The position numbers and the translations under genes are program-made. 64,000 nt of DNA from Marsupella aquatica (Eukaryota; Plantae; Marchantiophyta), in contig OZ316899.1 of NCBI GenBank assembly GCA_973895155.1, positions 16,333,974 through 16,397,973 on the forward strand. The letters are read 5' to 3'. Below are positions 37,353 to 49,265 of this stretch, piece after piece. Within the stretch, counting starts at the first letter, position 1. Each line of letters starts with the position of its first letter. The notes beneath the pieces were generated by a model that searched no databases, was not told the origin of the DNA, and saw only the letters and a program-made list of their open reading frames with translations.

Positions 37353-38137
37353 ACGGAACACTATCCCGTGGGTCCCAACTTCCGACAGGTGACTAATTTA
37401 CTCTCCCCGTCCGAACACCACTTGACACTATTCAGGATATGAATTTTTAAACCCCAAGTTAGGGTATGTAATTTGTGGCTTGAGATGAATTAAAAAACGG
37501 TGTGTACTGGGCTAACAATGTCCTCCGGAACACTGTTCCGTCGTTGGAAACTTCCGACAACGGTCCAATCTATCCTAACCAAATGGGTTCCATGCGTGTC
37601 TTAATATTCAGAACTACTACTCACGGGAGCTTCAGGACAGTTGTCCGTTAACTTCGAATCATTCTCACTCAAGTTTTGGTCGCTCCATCGATATTAAAAC
37701 AATCTAATTAGCAATAAAATTACACTAAAAGGAAGAACTTGGGTTAGTCTCTAGCCGACAACATGACGGGCAACACGAGAGGCATACTTCATGGATTGTC
37801 AAATTGAAAGTCCCCCGGAACAGTGTTTCGTTGCTCCATACCCACACCCTCTACCCAGATTCTTCAACACTCGAGTAGCATAGTCCCCCGGAACAGTGTT
37901 CCGTCCCTCCCTACCCAGACCAGCTACTCGGATTCTTTGATACCCGACTAACAGAGCCCCTGGAACAGTGTTTCGTTGCTACGTACCCATACAGGATACC
38001 GGATTCTTTGATACCCAACTAACATAGTCCCCCGGAATAGTGTTCCGTCGAAGATGTAATTGTTCCCCAAAGGGGATTTTGCTGCCAAGTCACTATTTGG
38101 AATCACGGGCTCAATTGGGTGGCGGAACAGTGTCCCG
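37353..38137. repeat. Palindrome CGGAACA-C/G-TGTTCCG, about 7 copies, upstream of the Sola-like gene
   Basis: Copies at ~37354, 37526, 37816, 37889, 37961, 38033 and 38123. Confidence 0.8.
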
Positions 38138-39481
38138 TCGACAAAACAACTTCAAACATTTGTCAAGGATATTATTCTCAGAATAACAATGTTCTCGTCC
38201 TTATCTCTCTATCTCCGAAGGCTTGAGAGACATGCGGGATTACTAAATCGAAGGAATAGTGGGTTGTTTCTCAAAACTTCTCAAATCATCTCCTAAAACA
38301 CCGGAGAGTGAAGGAGTGGACTCTAATTCTATCCGATAAAACTGTCGACTGAAAATTCCATTCATACTCAGCAGATCAATAGAAGAGAAGACTCAAAGTG
38401 TGAAGAGACAAGGTTTAAATGAGACATTCAGTTCCTGAAACTCTTCGTAGCTCTAAATTCACATGATAAAATGGAGAGAGGGAATCACCTACTGATCTGT
38501 GCCCAAAATCTCTTCAGTTGTGCAGCGGTCACCGATCAAGAGGCTAATGTTTGTCACTACAATTCAAGAAGCGCTGAGTCCAAAAGATGGTCCACTCGGC
38601 CCCGGCTGAAACAAGCTCCTACACGCCAGGAGAATCCACAAAAGCAACTACTCCTCCGCCTCGCAACAATCACAGAAATCTCAAAACAAGAATGAAATGA
38701 AAGTTACAAGAGAGGACCAAACTCTTACCAAAACTTGAAACAACGTGCTTGTACCTTCTCAACCCAAAAAATGTTTTGGGGGGAAATTTGAAATTTGAAA
38801 TTCTTTTTCTAATTTCAGTTTTGGTGGCCTCTTCCGCATGCGCTCTTCTCCTCGGCGGATTGTTTTCATGAAAGCGATGATATTAAGATAAGTTATCAAA
38901 ACATTGAATAATTAATATTAATAAGTGAAAAAAACCAATTATCCATAATATGTGCCACATCCTATAGGCAATGAATTTAATAAATTATCAATATAACAAT
39001 TTTAAGATGACTCAACATTACATCTAAAAAAACATATTATGATGGAAAAATATACATCCGTCTAAAACTAATACAACTAAAGCGAAGACTATCTAGTAAT
39101 TTTACTAGTATTACTTACTATAATAATATTTAATTACTTTTAAATTTGGAAATGATCCCATGATTGTGATGAATGACATATAGTACCGTCATATAAGGTT
39201 CCCCAATCCTTTCTACTTAAAAGGTACAATCATATTCCAACCAAGACATCTTAAATTAGAGTCGTGCACTATTCAAATGACCACCTTACATCTTACATGG
39301 TTACTAAATAATTAATTAAAACATCTTAGTTGAAATTATAATTATTTTTCCACTACTTCCCACTTGTTAGCCCTATTTCAAATAGTCATTGCTTAGTTAA
39401 TTAATCTAAACTATCTATAATTTATTGCAAATGCCTCAAGGTACTATTCAAGGCTCACCGTAACTTAGGTTTCATTAGAAA

Positions 39482-39860
39482 CAAGCTCAATACTCGTGCG
39501 TTGCACAAAAGATGTGAAGAAGAAAAATGCCGTGACGCCCAAGATGTCGTGACGCCCAAGATGTTGTTAAGAGAAAAGATGTCGTGTCACCCAAGATCTT
39601 GTTAAGAAAAAAGATGTTGTTGCATTAGTTTACAGTGTTGTTAAATAAAATATGTCGTTAAGTAAAATATGTGGTTGCTCAAAAGATGTTGCGCAAAAGA
39701 TGTAGTAAGACAGTTCACTAAAGATATCATTCGGCAAAAGACATCAATGCGTAATAGGTGACGTTGTGCTAAAGATGTTGAAAAATTATCTGGGTGCGAA
39801 AGATATCTTTGTTAGAAACATCTCATTGCGTAAAATCCATTTGTCAAGTGAGAGATGTCA
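39482..39860 (-). mobile_element. Degenerate Helitron-type 3' end with minisatellite
   Basis: acaagctcaatactcgtgcgttgcac is a variant of the 63232 terminus and is followed by the same aagatgtcgtg repeats. Confidence 0.6.
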
Positions 39861-40093
39861 TGACACAAAGAGAGGCGACAACCACCACCAAAGTACAACA
39901 AAATGAGAATGATTTTTAAATTGTTTTTGTCATTTAAATCTTTTAAAAAGGATAAATTTAAAGGAGGGCAAGGGGGAGTTGAGAGGAGGAGCCGCAAAGT
40001 GGGGAGGCAAAAGGGGGCCTGGGAGGCAGAGGGCGGAGCCAGCCACCATCAGATAGGACCATTTTTTCTGGTTTTGATTTTTTCACCCAAAAA

Positions 40094-40641
40094 ATGACAA
40101 TAAATGGATGTTGGATTTGGGTTCCTCTTATCACGTACATTTGTCTAACGCGATCTTATTTCTCTACTTACCAACCGTGTACTGGTTGCATGGTTGCTTT
40201 CAAATGGGCAACATCAGACTTATTCTCAACCAGGATCAGCATGACTATCATCCAATGTCCACACATGCCCAAAACCCACAAAATAATCTTCAATGCTGCA
40301 AATCAAACAATGATCGGCGGGTGCTAATCCAACAACAATCTTGTCCGACGCGATCACACATATATGTCAAGCCCAACGCTTCAAGGAATCCACGTTACAA
40401 GCACACAACCTGGTTAGCCACACCATAGCCACCAAGCTCATGCTCAAAGGCGCAACATTGAAAGATGAGGCCTTTGAGCCAACACAAGGGAAAACTATCC
40501 CCCACACCAACTCAAACTCAACACAAAGTGCTCATATAGCATACTTATAAAACCTCTATACGATATACTTTACTACCACTCTAAATGGTGTGACACATTG
40601 TCTGGGACTTTGCTTTGAATCGTATAACAAGTGTCTGGTTT
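40094..40641. pseudogene. Rearranged Copia fragments related to the 23-27 kb element
   Basis: 40094-40190 is the reverse complement of ~26310-26400 (protease). 40203-40250 matches ~24206-24250 and 40595-40640 matches ~24379-24443 (RT). Confidence 0.75.
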
Positions 40642-43600
40642 CACTAGTAGAAACCGGGGCAATTTAGACCGAACCTTATAGGACTGAGGCCACTAAGTCC
40701 TTTTTTCATACTTAAAATGACTCGGAACCATTCATCCGGTTCACATGAACACTAGGAAAGACTATGAGTGCTTTCTAGTTTATGATAAGACTGGAAAAAG
40801 TCACCTTGCTACTTTGTGAAGGGTGAAACTCTTAATATTGGCTTTTGCTAATGGCCGTGCATTGGGGGGGGGGGGTGCACAACAAAAATGGGGAATAGCC
40901 CCAATGTGTCATATATACCCAACAAGGCCATGCTATAATCCATGATCGACTTGTCATCCCCCAAGAACATGTCGTTATTTTTACAACAACAAAGCAAGCA
41001 ACCAAATTAGGATAACTTGTGCTTTGGTACATACCCCAAATTCATTTGTATCATATCTGTTGGGAAACATAAGTATAAGGGATTCAAGAGGACATTGTTC
41101 ACTTATATTAAGGAGGCACTTAACTCATTAAATGGCCTCGTTTGTGACCAAAAGATGTTTGGGTTACATGAAGTTAAGTTTGCTCTTAATTCAGCCCACA
41201 TATAACCCTTACTGCCAAAGTATTGCTTTAGGGTTTAAACCGTTTAACTACCCTAATATGTCACAGTTCAAAATTCTTGAGTTCATGAGGGAGGGAGGTG
41301 CAAGATTTTATTCATGCACGGTTACTTACCACATCTGCAACATCGGCTAACTTTTGTAAGGGAATCCCAAGGGGGCTTCTACTTTTGCAACCGTTGGACG
41401 GGAACGAGTTGGAGCAACCGTTGGAGGGTCAACCCTAATCCCACATTTCTAACTTTTTGCATATCCAGCCAGTGGTTTATCGTGTTGTCTTTGTGGGCCA
41501 CTTCGCACCTCCACACTCTGTCGCACCCTAATCCCGCCACATTTCTAACTTTTTTGCATATCCAGCCAGTGGTTTATCGTGTTGTCTTCGCGGGCACTAC
41601 TGTGAAGTGAGGTTTAGATTGACTCTTTTCTCGTGGTTGGTGCTGTGGAATTAGAGACAAAGGATTTGGTGTGCCAGGGATGCTGCGGTAACAACGTGAA
41701 CCGGTCATTTTTTACAGTCCTACAATGTTAGTGAGCTGTGAAGGTTGCGCTTGCGAGCTGACAGTCCCGTCGCCGCCTGCTCCCATTGTTGTGACTTCAT
41801 TCAAGTTGCTCGAGCATAGGTGATTTCTACTGCTACGGAAGGCAAGCTGCTTGAAGGGAGGCGACATTGTCTGCAAACATTGCAGAAGGCCATCAAAGGC
41901 TGGGCCTAGCAGCTGCAAGAGCTGTGGTCGAGGAGGACCTCAATGCGGGGAGAAGCTGCGGGTGGGGACGAGCTGCGGGCGGGGACGAGCTGCGATCAGG
42001 GAGGATACATTGGGTCATCACTTACATTTTAGGTGTTGACGTGAGGGAGACCTTGAGGTCGGAGGTGGTCTGCAATTGACAAGAAGGTTGACATTCCCTC
42101 CCGCTGCGGATTGGTACTTCATTCAGGTGATTCCTATTGCTGCCTCCCACCGCCATTGCCGATTGCCGCTATCATCATTGATTGCTTGCTTGCCACTGCC
42201 TTTGCTAGTTGCCACCGCCTGTGCTTGTCACTGCCTTTTGTATTGTCTGTGGCTTTTGGTACCCTATTGAGAAATACTGGTCAGCTTAGTCACGCATTGC
42301 ACTGAAGATTTCTGCCAGGTCTACGCATGTAATCCTTTGTCTATTGGTCGCTGTCATCTGCATTTTTTTAGGGACCGTCCACAGTTGCGGTGGGAGTGGA
42401 TAGTGCTGGTCACCTGTTCAGGAGGTGCAAGGTGAGAGGGTGGAGAGGACCTGCGCTGCTCAGAATAGAAGTGGCGAGGTTGAGGGGAGCACCCGGGGGA
42501 GCAGCTGCAAGCTTACCATCTTCAGAGTGGGGATTTTCTTGGGGATTTCTGCTAAATTGCTCTGGCTTTCTTCTCGAAGGTAAGCTACTCCGGACTATCA
42601 CTTAGCGAGTTGGTCGCGCTACTAGAAGTACTACCACTTTTACTATAACGCCAACCTCAGTGCTTTTTATAGAATGCTTTGTTGTTCTTCTACTCGGCAT
42701 GGCATCATCCTGATTGCCCGTCGCGCTGTGACCAGCAATGGAAAGCGTAGACTATCTCCCTTTGCTAGTCAAAAGGCTGCGAGGTCTGATTTATGTCTTG
42801 CTGGAGTTTTGCTCCTCTATGTGCTTTGTTGTGTTAGCTTCGTTTGTTGTGATCTGTCTTACCCTACTGAGTACTAGTTTTACACTCTGTGATCCGACTT
42901 CATTCCCTACAAATAAATGGACACGACACTGTCTTGCTGGAGTTTTGGTGGTCTAGCTCCGTGCTTTGTTTGCTGTGATCGGTCTTACCCTGTTGAGTAC
43001 TAGTTTCACACCCTGTGATCCGACTTCATTGCCCCGGTGATTTTCTCTGTCTCTATCCTCTACATTCAGCTTGCGGGTGGGTTTTGTTATGATTTGATTG
43101 GATGACTGATTGTTTTGGAGTTGTAGCCGTGGTCAAACGCACGTCTATTAAAAACAAGTTCATGGAGCTCAGGTTGCTGTTGTATATAAAGTGCAGCAGG
43201 ATCTAGAACTGCTTGCAGTCCCAGTGAATCATACATGCTACAATCACATGATATGACTTCAATAAGTCTTCATAGTTTCTCATTTTTGTAGAATCTGAGA
43301 TGTTGCTGGCCCAGGAGATGAGTTTCCCTTAAGAGTCAGGGACATCAGCAGTGTGGGCCATGTAATACAGTTGAGAATGATGGCAAGTATAATTTGTTAA
43401 TGGGTCCAATGCCATGTTTGTGAGCTATTGAGTTGGGTAGGAGAAAATTACCAAAACATTGTCGCAATTGCTTCCAGAACAATCATTCGTGGTTAGACTA
43501 AGCTCGGCTGAACACCCCTCGCTTGCATGGGACGGACACAATGCGGAATAGGCTATCATGGAGTTGTTGAATGGATCTTCAATTTTCATGAGAAATGTCC

Positions 43601-44975
43601 TGGGTTTCCATCCTATGTGTAGATTTCAGAATTAGAACGAAACTACTATTAAGAATACTGTACTTAGCGATTCTTCTTTTCCTGTGAAGACATTGCCACA
43701 AATGTTTCCTTGAGTTCCTGTCATACTAGTGTTTCCCATGCCGTTTTCAGCAACTACTGACGGAGTTGGCATCGTAAGTTTAAATGTATAGCTCTCATTA
43801 CTTCAATCCAAAATTCTATGTAAACAGACATGAAGTAGCCTTTGTGCTTAATTGCTATGTAGCATCTCACTGCTTAAATACGTCAGACGGGGAGACAGGA
43901 GGGAGCAAGTTGTTGAGTTGCGCCTTACATGACACCGCCCAAAATTCACCTGCTACAAGGACTCATCTTGGTGCACTTTGAGAATCTCCGTGCTGCAAGG
44001 TGAGAGTTGTCGTGAGGTGATCATCTCCAGTGTAGTATGGGCTTGGGATTTACATATATGTTTCCTGCTTCCAGCAGATAGGCAATTGCTTCCAAGCTCT
44101 TTGGTGCAGACGTCTCTGTGGAATGCAATGTGTTGTATGCCAGAGTTTTCATCTATTGGCATGTTGACATTTGCTCTTGGAATGATCCCAAAAGCTCCAT
44201 GAGCAGTTTATGTTGAGAATTCAGTTTATGTTGTTGTTTCCGTCATATGCAGCTTGCATTTTTGAATATATGTCCTGTCATTGATGATAGAGGGTGGTTG
44301 AGAACGGTTTTCTTTCTTCTTGGCAGTGGGTCAGTGTGTTCCCATCTTCCTGAAGCCTTGTCTGCTTTCTGCCACCCCCTTGTGGTGGGGCCTTTTCTTG
44401 AAAGATCCTTCATGTGAACACAGTCTGTACTTTGATTATGAAGTATGACTGAGTGCTGCTGGCCACTTCTTGTGCCGACCTGTGCTGCAATTTGCTTCAT
44501 TTTGCATCCACTCTTTAGTTTCCAACTATTTTATGGATGAGTTTCATGCCAGTCTGCCTACACTCCTGCTCATTCACTCTTGCAAGCCCGCTTGCAAGCT
44601 CTATTTTGAATCCTACTCTGAATTTTCTGCTACTAAGATGTCTTCTTCTGAGCAGCATACACCGAAAGTAAGCAATAGTGGAGGTTGTACTGCACATCAA
44701 CACATCCAGTGAACTACCTCTCTGCTGCTCACTGCAGGGTGAGACTTTCACTCTTTCTGGATATTGTAGTTTGTAACCAAGTTGATTAGGAGTGTTTCAT
44801 GCTATGTTTATACTGTGACCTCTAGTTGGAACCAAGGGAATGACACAGTGAGTGGGAACTGATAATTTAATGTTGGTTGCTGTTGGTGAGGCAAGTACAG
44901 CTCCTGCTCACCTTGCTGATCGAAGGTGCTCATCAGAGGACGTGAACACACGACATCTCCACAAAAGCAGCACTT

Positions 44976-45425
44976 ATGGTGAGGACCCGCAATGCTGAAC
45001 ATGTGCGGCTTGCACACAAGGCAGAGATGTTGCGCCTTGAGTATGTCAGACTTGGGATCCTTCCAGCCCAATATGCATGGTACTTTGAGTACCTTGTTGT
45101 TGCCAAGAACAACTACAGCCGGCCTCTACCTGCTTCAGTACCCTTCCCGACATCCTTGGTATTCGTGTCTCTTGTACATGACCCACCACAAATTAGGTGC
45201 CAAGGGTGTGTGCACAATTGCCAATATGACTGTCCTACCTGTAGGGTTTCTGGCCCAGAGTTGGATGACCGTTCTCTTGGATGTCGGTTTTTGCACAGAG
45301 CACAATGTATCATCTGGAACCACTCGCCATCCTGCAGTGTGCCTGGCGATGTCACTTGTCCTGCCCTCCCAGACCCCACCACCGGTGACTTTGGTGTCTA
45401 CACATGTTTGGATCACACGCTCTAG
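44976..45425 (+). CDS. Cys/His-rich hypothetical protein (CACTA cargo)
   Basis: Open 149-aa ATG-initiated ORF with CQGC..C..CPTC..C..H..C..H..C; family not recognised. Confidence 0.35.
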   Translation: MVRTRNAEHVRLAHKAEMLRLEYVRLGILPAQYAWYFEYLVVAKNNYSRPLPASVPFPTSLVFVSLVHDPPQIRCQGCVHNCQYDCPTCRVSGPELDDRSLGCRFLHRAQCIIWNHSPSCSVPGDVTCPALPDPTTGDFGVYTCLDHTL

Positions 45426-46096
45426 AGGACCACTTGTCACACTGCATGCACAGACCAGAGACCATTGACCTATAACTTAGCACTTTGACTTGAACAGAGA
45501 GGATATTTACTTAAAATTTTGAATTTTGAGCAATTTTGGGTCCAGGGTTTAGGGTCAACAGTACATAACTTATCCTATTATGGCTGCACTAAGTAGAATA
45601 TCCTAATTTAAGAGGCTAGCAAGCTCACTTAAAAGTCTCCTTTCAAAGATTGGAATTAATGGGCCATGTGATAACCTGGAAAAAGTGATTTATGCCTAAC
45701 TTATTTGTCTCATTCACTATCATAGCCTATTTAGGATGTATAAATTACAACCCAAATCACACTGCTTGATACCAATCCTGTTCAAAACATGCCTGTTTTA
45801 CATGTCACGACTATTGTATGTGATTCAAATGCATTAAATCTTGCTGCAGATCTCCTTTGGTGAATCATAGCCACAAAATTGAGGTGTAGGTGGAGCTATT
45901 GTACTAGGGGATCAGTTTTCAGTGTGGGCTCAACAAACCAAAAAGTACGTCTACTCTGCATCTATGTGTGAACATTTCATTGCAGTAGCAATTGCCACTC
46001 TAGTCTATATGCTACACTATACTTTTTGTACACTGCTAAATTGTATTGTCTATGAACTCTGCTAAATTGTACTATCTGTCTCATGCATAGCTAGGC

Positions 46097-46770
46097 ATGG
46101 CACGCCCTAAAATCCGAGCCAAGAAGCGGGGGACAAAGGTGAGCAACACAGGTGTAGTTGGGCCAGATGGTAGTAACTTCTCCGCACGTCAGATTTTCCA
46201 GAAGGCAGCTCATTGTTGTGCCATTTGTGACGATGGTGGAGGCTTAGCCATATATGAGGGCCCTTGCATGAGGCATTTCCACCTCAACCCGGAGTCTGAC
46301 CTTGCTGCAGAAAACAACTGTCCAGGGGTGGGCCTCCCGTCAGCACACCAGGGAGGCTGGATGTGCACTGATTGTTTGGAGAAGCAGGCTAAGTGTGCAC
46401 AGTGTGGGATGTTGGGGTCTTATGAGGGCTCTGTTGATGCTCCACCACTTGTTAGGAAATGCCCTGACAGATATTGTGTGAGGTTCTTTTGTTTTTCATG
46501 TTTGCCCGATCTTGCCACAGCTTGCCCACTTCATAAGTGCAAGGCATGTGGTCAGCACGATGAAGATTTTTGGGTGGACATAGTCCACTGTGTTAGGTGT
46601 CCCACCATGTGGCACTTTCATTGTTTGAAGGAGTGTCAAGCAGAAGGCTATGCTTGTGATAGACACATCTATCATCACTCTGCACATGGTGTTGATCGAT
46701 GGATCTTCTATTGTCATCACCATGCCATAGATCTACTTTGCACACTCCCATGAGAGATTACATTTCTTGG
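46097..46770 (+). pseudogene. EDM2-like composite PHD finger protein (CACTA cargo)
   Basis: CAICDDGG..EGPCMRHFH, WMCTDC..CAQCG.LGS, CPLHKCKAC, CVRCP..WH..CL, IFYC..HAID..LP*RD follows the EDM2 PHD region as I recall it. The stop at 46751 is probably premature. Confidence 0.78.
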
Positions 46771-47373
46771 CTTTGAACCTGAATAATGTAAATGCATAGT
46801 GCACCTGATGTGGATACCTTGGAGATTGCAGACATTCCAATTTTGAGAAGAAGGACCTCTGTAGGAGAGGATGCTTAGGCAACAAGTACCCTAAGTTCAT
46901 TACTTGTTCCAGGGTACATGCCTTAAAAAACTCCCCTTAAGCCTTCTAGGAACTTTTTTAACTCTACAATCATTTTGATCACGACTTACATGACACTGCT
47001 TAAATTAAATCAAGACTTCTCATTATGAGCATATAACTTACAAGGCTATTTAATTTGCGAGAATTCCCTTAAAGTGTACCAACATTTTGTATTCTCATTG
47101 AATGTCTACCCATTTACAACATCTGTATGTGGCATCACAAAACAATTGCACTTGTCACCGTCAATATTGTGAAGGCACATATTCAAACTATGAGGTGCAT
47201 CCTTGCAGGTGTCTAGTACGTTTGTCCCAATATTTCTCGTGTTTGGAATCGGAGCAGAGACTCACCAGACGACTGGACTGGACCAAGTTATAAACGCAGC
47301 ATTTTAGGGCCCTCCGATTATCAGGTGAACGCATTATCTTTCGGTCTGCAGTGATTAGGTGGGGTGTGTGTAC

Positions 47374-48222
47374 ATGGCCTCTAGGAAACGTACAAAGGTT
47401 GACCACCCGCCTTTGTTGGCTGGAATCAAAGCCATTTTGATTCCTGGCCACTATGGGTTCACCCAAGTGAGTTGGCCAATCGTACAAAAACAATTCTCAA
47501 AGTTCCATGGGACTGAAGTCAAGGACATCACTCCACAGACTACACATGTTGTTGCGGGGACATGGCTGGATGTGATGAACAAGTGGTCATGGTCCTTCAT
47601 TGATTCTGCCATTACCAACCAAGGTCTAAAAATAGTTGAAGTCTCTTGGCTGACCAATTCTGTTAAACATAGGTGTGTACAGAGTACTAAGCAATATGAG
47701 TTGTGGGAGAGTGAGGAGGCCACTGCAGAGGCTTTGGCTGAGAAGGAAGCCTATGAAGTAGCGGCAAAGAAACCCAACTTTGCTTCTGTCCAATATGGAC
47801 CTGTTGTCAACATAGGACACCATCCTATGACTGCAGATGCTATATTGAATGAGCATGGCAAGGAGAGAAATACCATTATGAAGGGGTTCAGTGTGGTATT
47901 TGCACAAGAGGGAATTGGGGAGACTAAGTGCAGACTGTACAAGTCCATAGTTGTTGAGCTAGGTGGGACAGTGGAGGAGAGTCTAACATAAACCTCCACT
48001 CATGTTGTAGGTCTGTCATACATGAAAATATGCAGAAAATTCTTTAAGACAATAGTGCGTGATTTTGTCATGAACAACAATCTTTGGGTGCTTTCCCCTG
48101 ATTGGCTTTTGGAATCAGCAGCGACAGGGAAGCGACAGAATGCTTGGGACTTTGATATTTTTGAGGCCTGGCCCTCCAAGCTTCAGCGGAGATGTATGCT
48201 TAGCAATGGTGGGAGAGAGTGA
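47374..48222 (+). pseudogene. Tandem BRCT protein (CACTA cargo)
   Basis: Two BRCT signatures: GTEV..TTHVV..IVEVSWLTNS and LGGTVEE..STHVV..VLSPDWLLES. One in-frame stop at 47989-47991. Confidence 0.8.
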
Positions 48223-48524
48223 GGAGTAGGAGTTCCTCATATTTTTGTATAAATCACAATTTTGTAATAAATGTGATCCTTGAACTAACTCATCTTGTCA
48301 TGGTTGGTTGCAGTTGAAGTGATTGTTGTTTCCTGCTGCGTGGGGTGTGACTGTGAATCTACTTGTTGGGCTCTGTTTGGCTTAAGACTTTGGTGGGTAT
48401 GCTGCCTCTTCCAGACCGACAGGCCCTATGTAGGGTCCTCCTACGGGTTGCATCGTGCATGGCTACTGCTTGGGCTTACATGTGTGGATTGGTAACCAGA
48501 CAGAGTGTAGCTCCATTCGAGATA

Positions 48525-48990
48525 ATGCCTGCAGACCTTGGATGTGTTGTGAATGTTGTGGTGAATGAGGATGCACAGTCCAAAGAGGATATTTACTTTT
48601 CAGCAGATGAGTTAGACAAGCACGATGCTGTAGGTGGTTCCTTGTTGCCTGATTTGGCAGATGATATAGTTCTTACACATGTCTGGCCGAGGGTTCTTGT
48701 GGTGTCTGGTGCACAAGATATCTGCAAATATAGACTAATTAGTACCCAGTGGAGGGACTTGGTAGCAACATGTGCACCGTGGAGGGCACTGCTGCCACTG
48801 CTTGTAGGCACGGATCGAAGACCACCATGGCATGAGTAGGGTTTAGACCTTGATGACTTAATGTACATGCCTGAGTACCTCAGGGCTGAGTGGCATCGAC
48901 AATAGGATTGGTATCCGTATTTGATGTGGTAGTAAGATGAGGACATCTCACATCGGTCTCGCACCTGGCACCTGTGTCTATGACTATACA
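48525..48990 (+). pseudogene. F-box-like protein remnant (CACTA cargo)
   Basis: LLPDLADDIVLTHVWPRV...YRLISTQWRDLV resembles plant F-box motifs. Confidence 0.6.
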
Positions 48991-49265
48991 TGATTGGACT
49001 CTGATATGGTCATGGATGTACGTGCAGAGGCAGTACATGTGAGGACAGCGAAGGAGTTGACACCCTCAAACATTTAGGAATTTTTGTCTCATTCACTTGA
49101 GAATAGGTACATGACTCAGGCACCTATATTTTTTGTTTTTTTTGTTTTTTTGGAACGTTATGCTACGTCTTTTGGCAAGTATAGTCGGGGGTGAAATCCT
49201 TAACACAGAGTGTATTTTTCACTTGCATAATAAAATGATAGGGCGCTGAGTGCGTGTGTATAGTG

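Noticed and set aside
28830-39480. TIRs/TSD for the Sola-like element
   Set aside because: No convincing inverted pair found by eye, so the element ends are not called.
41430-43800. Short ORFs and two local duplications (~41430-41588, ~42754-43030) in the CACTA 5' region
   Set aside because: No recognisable domain; local duplications are common in CACTA interiors.
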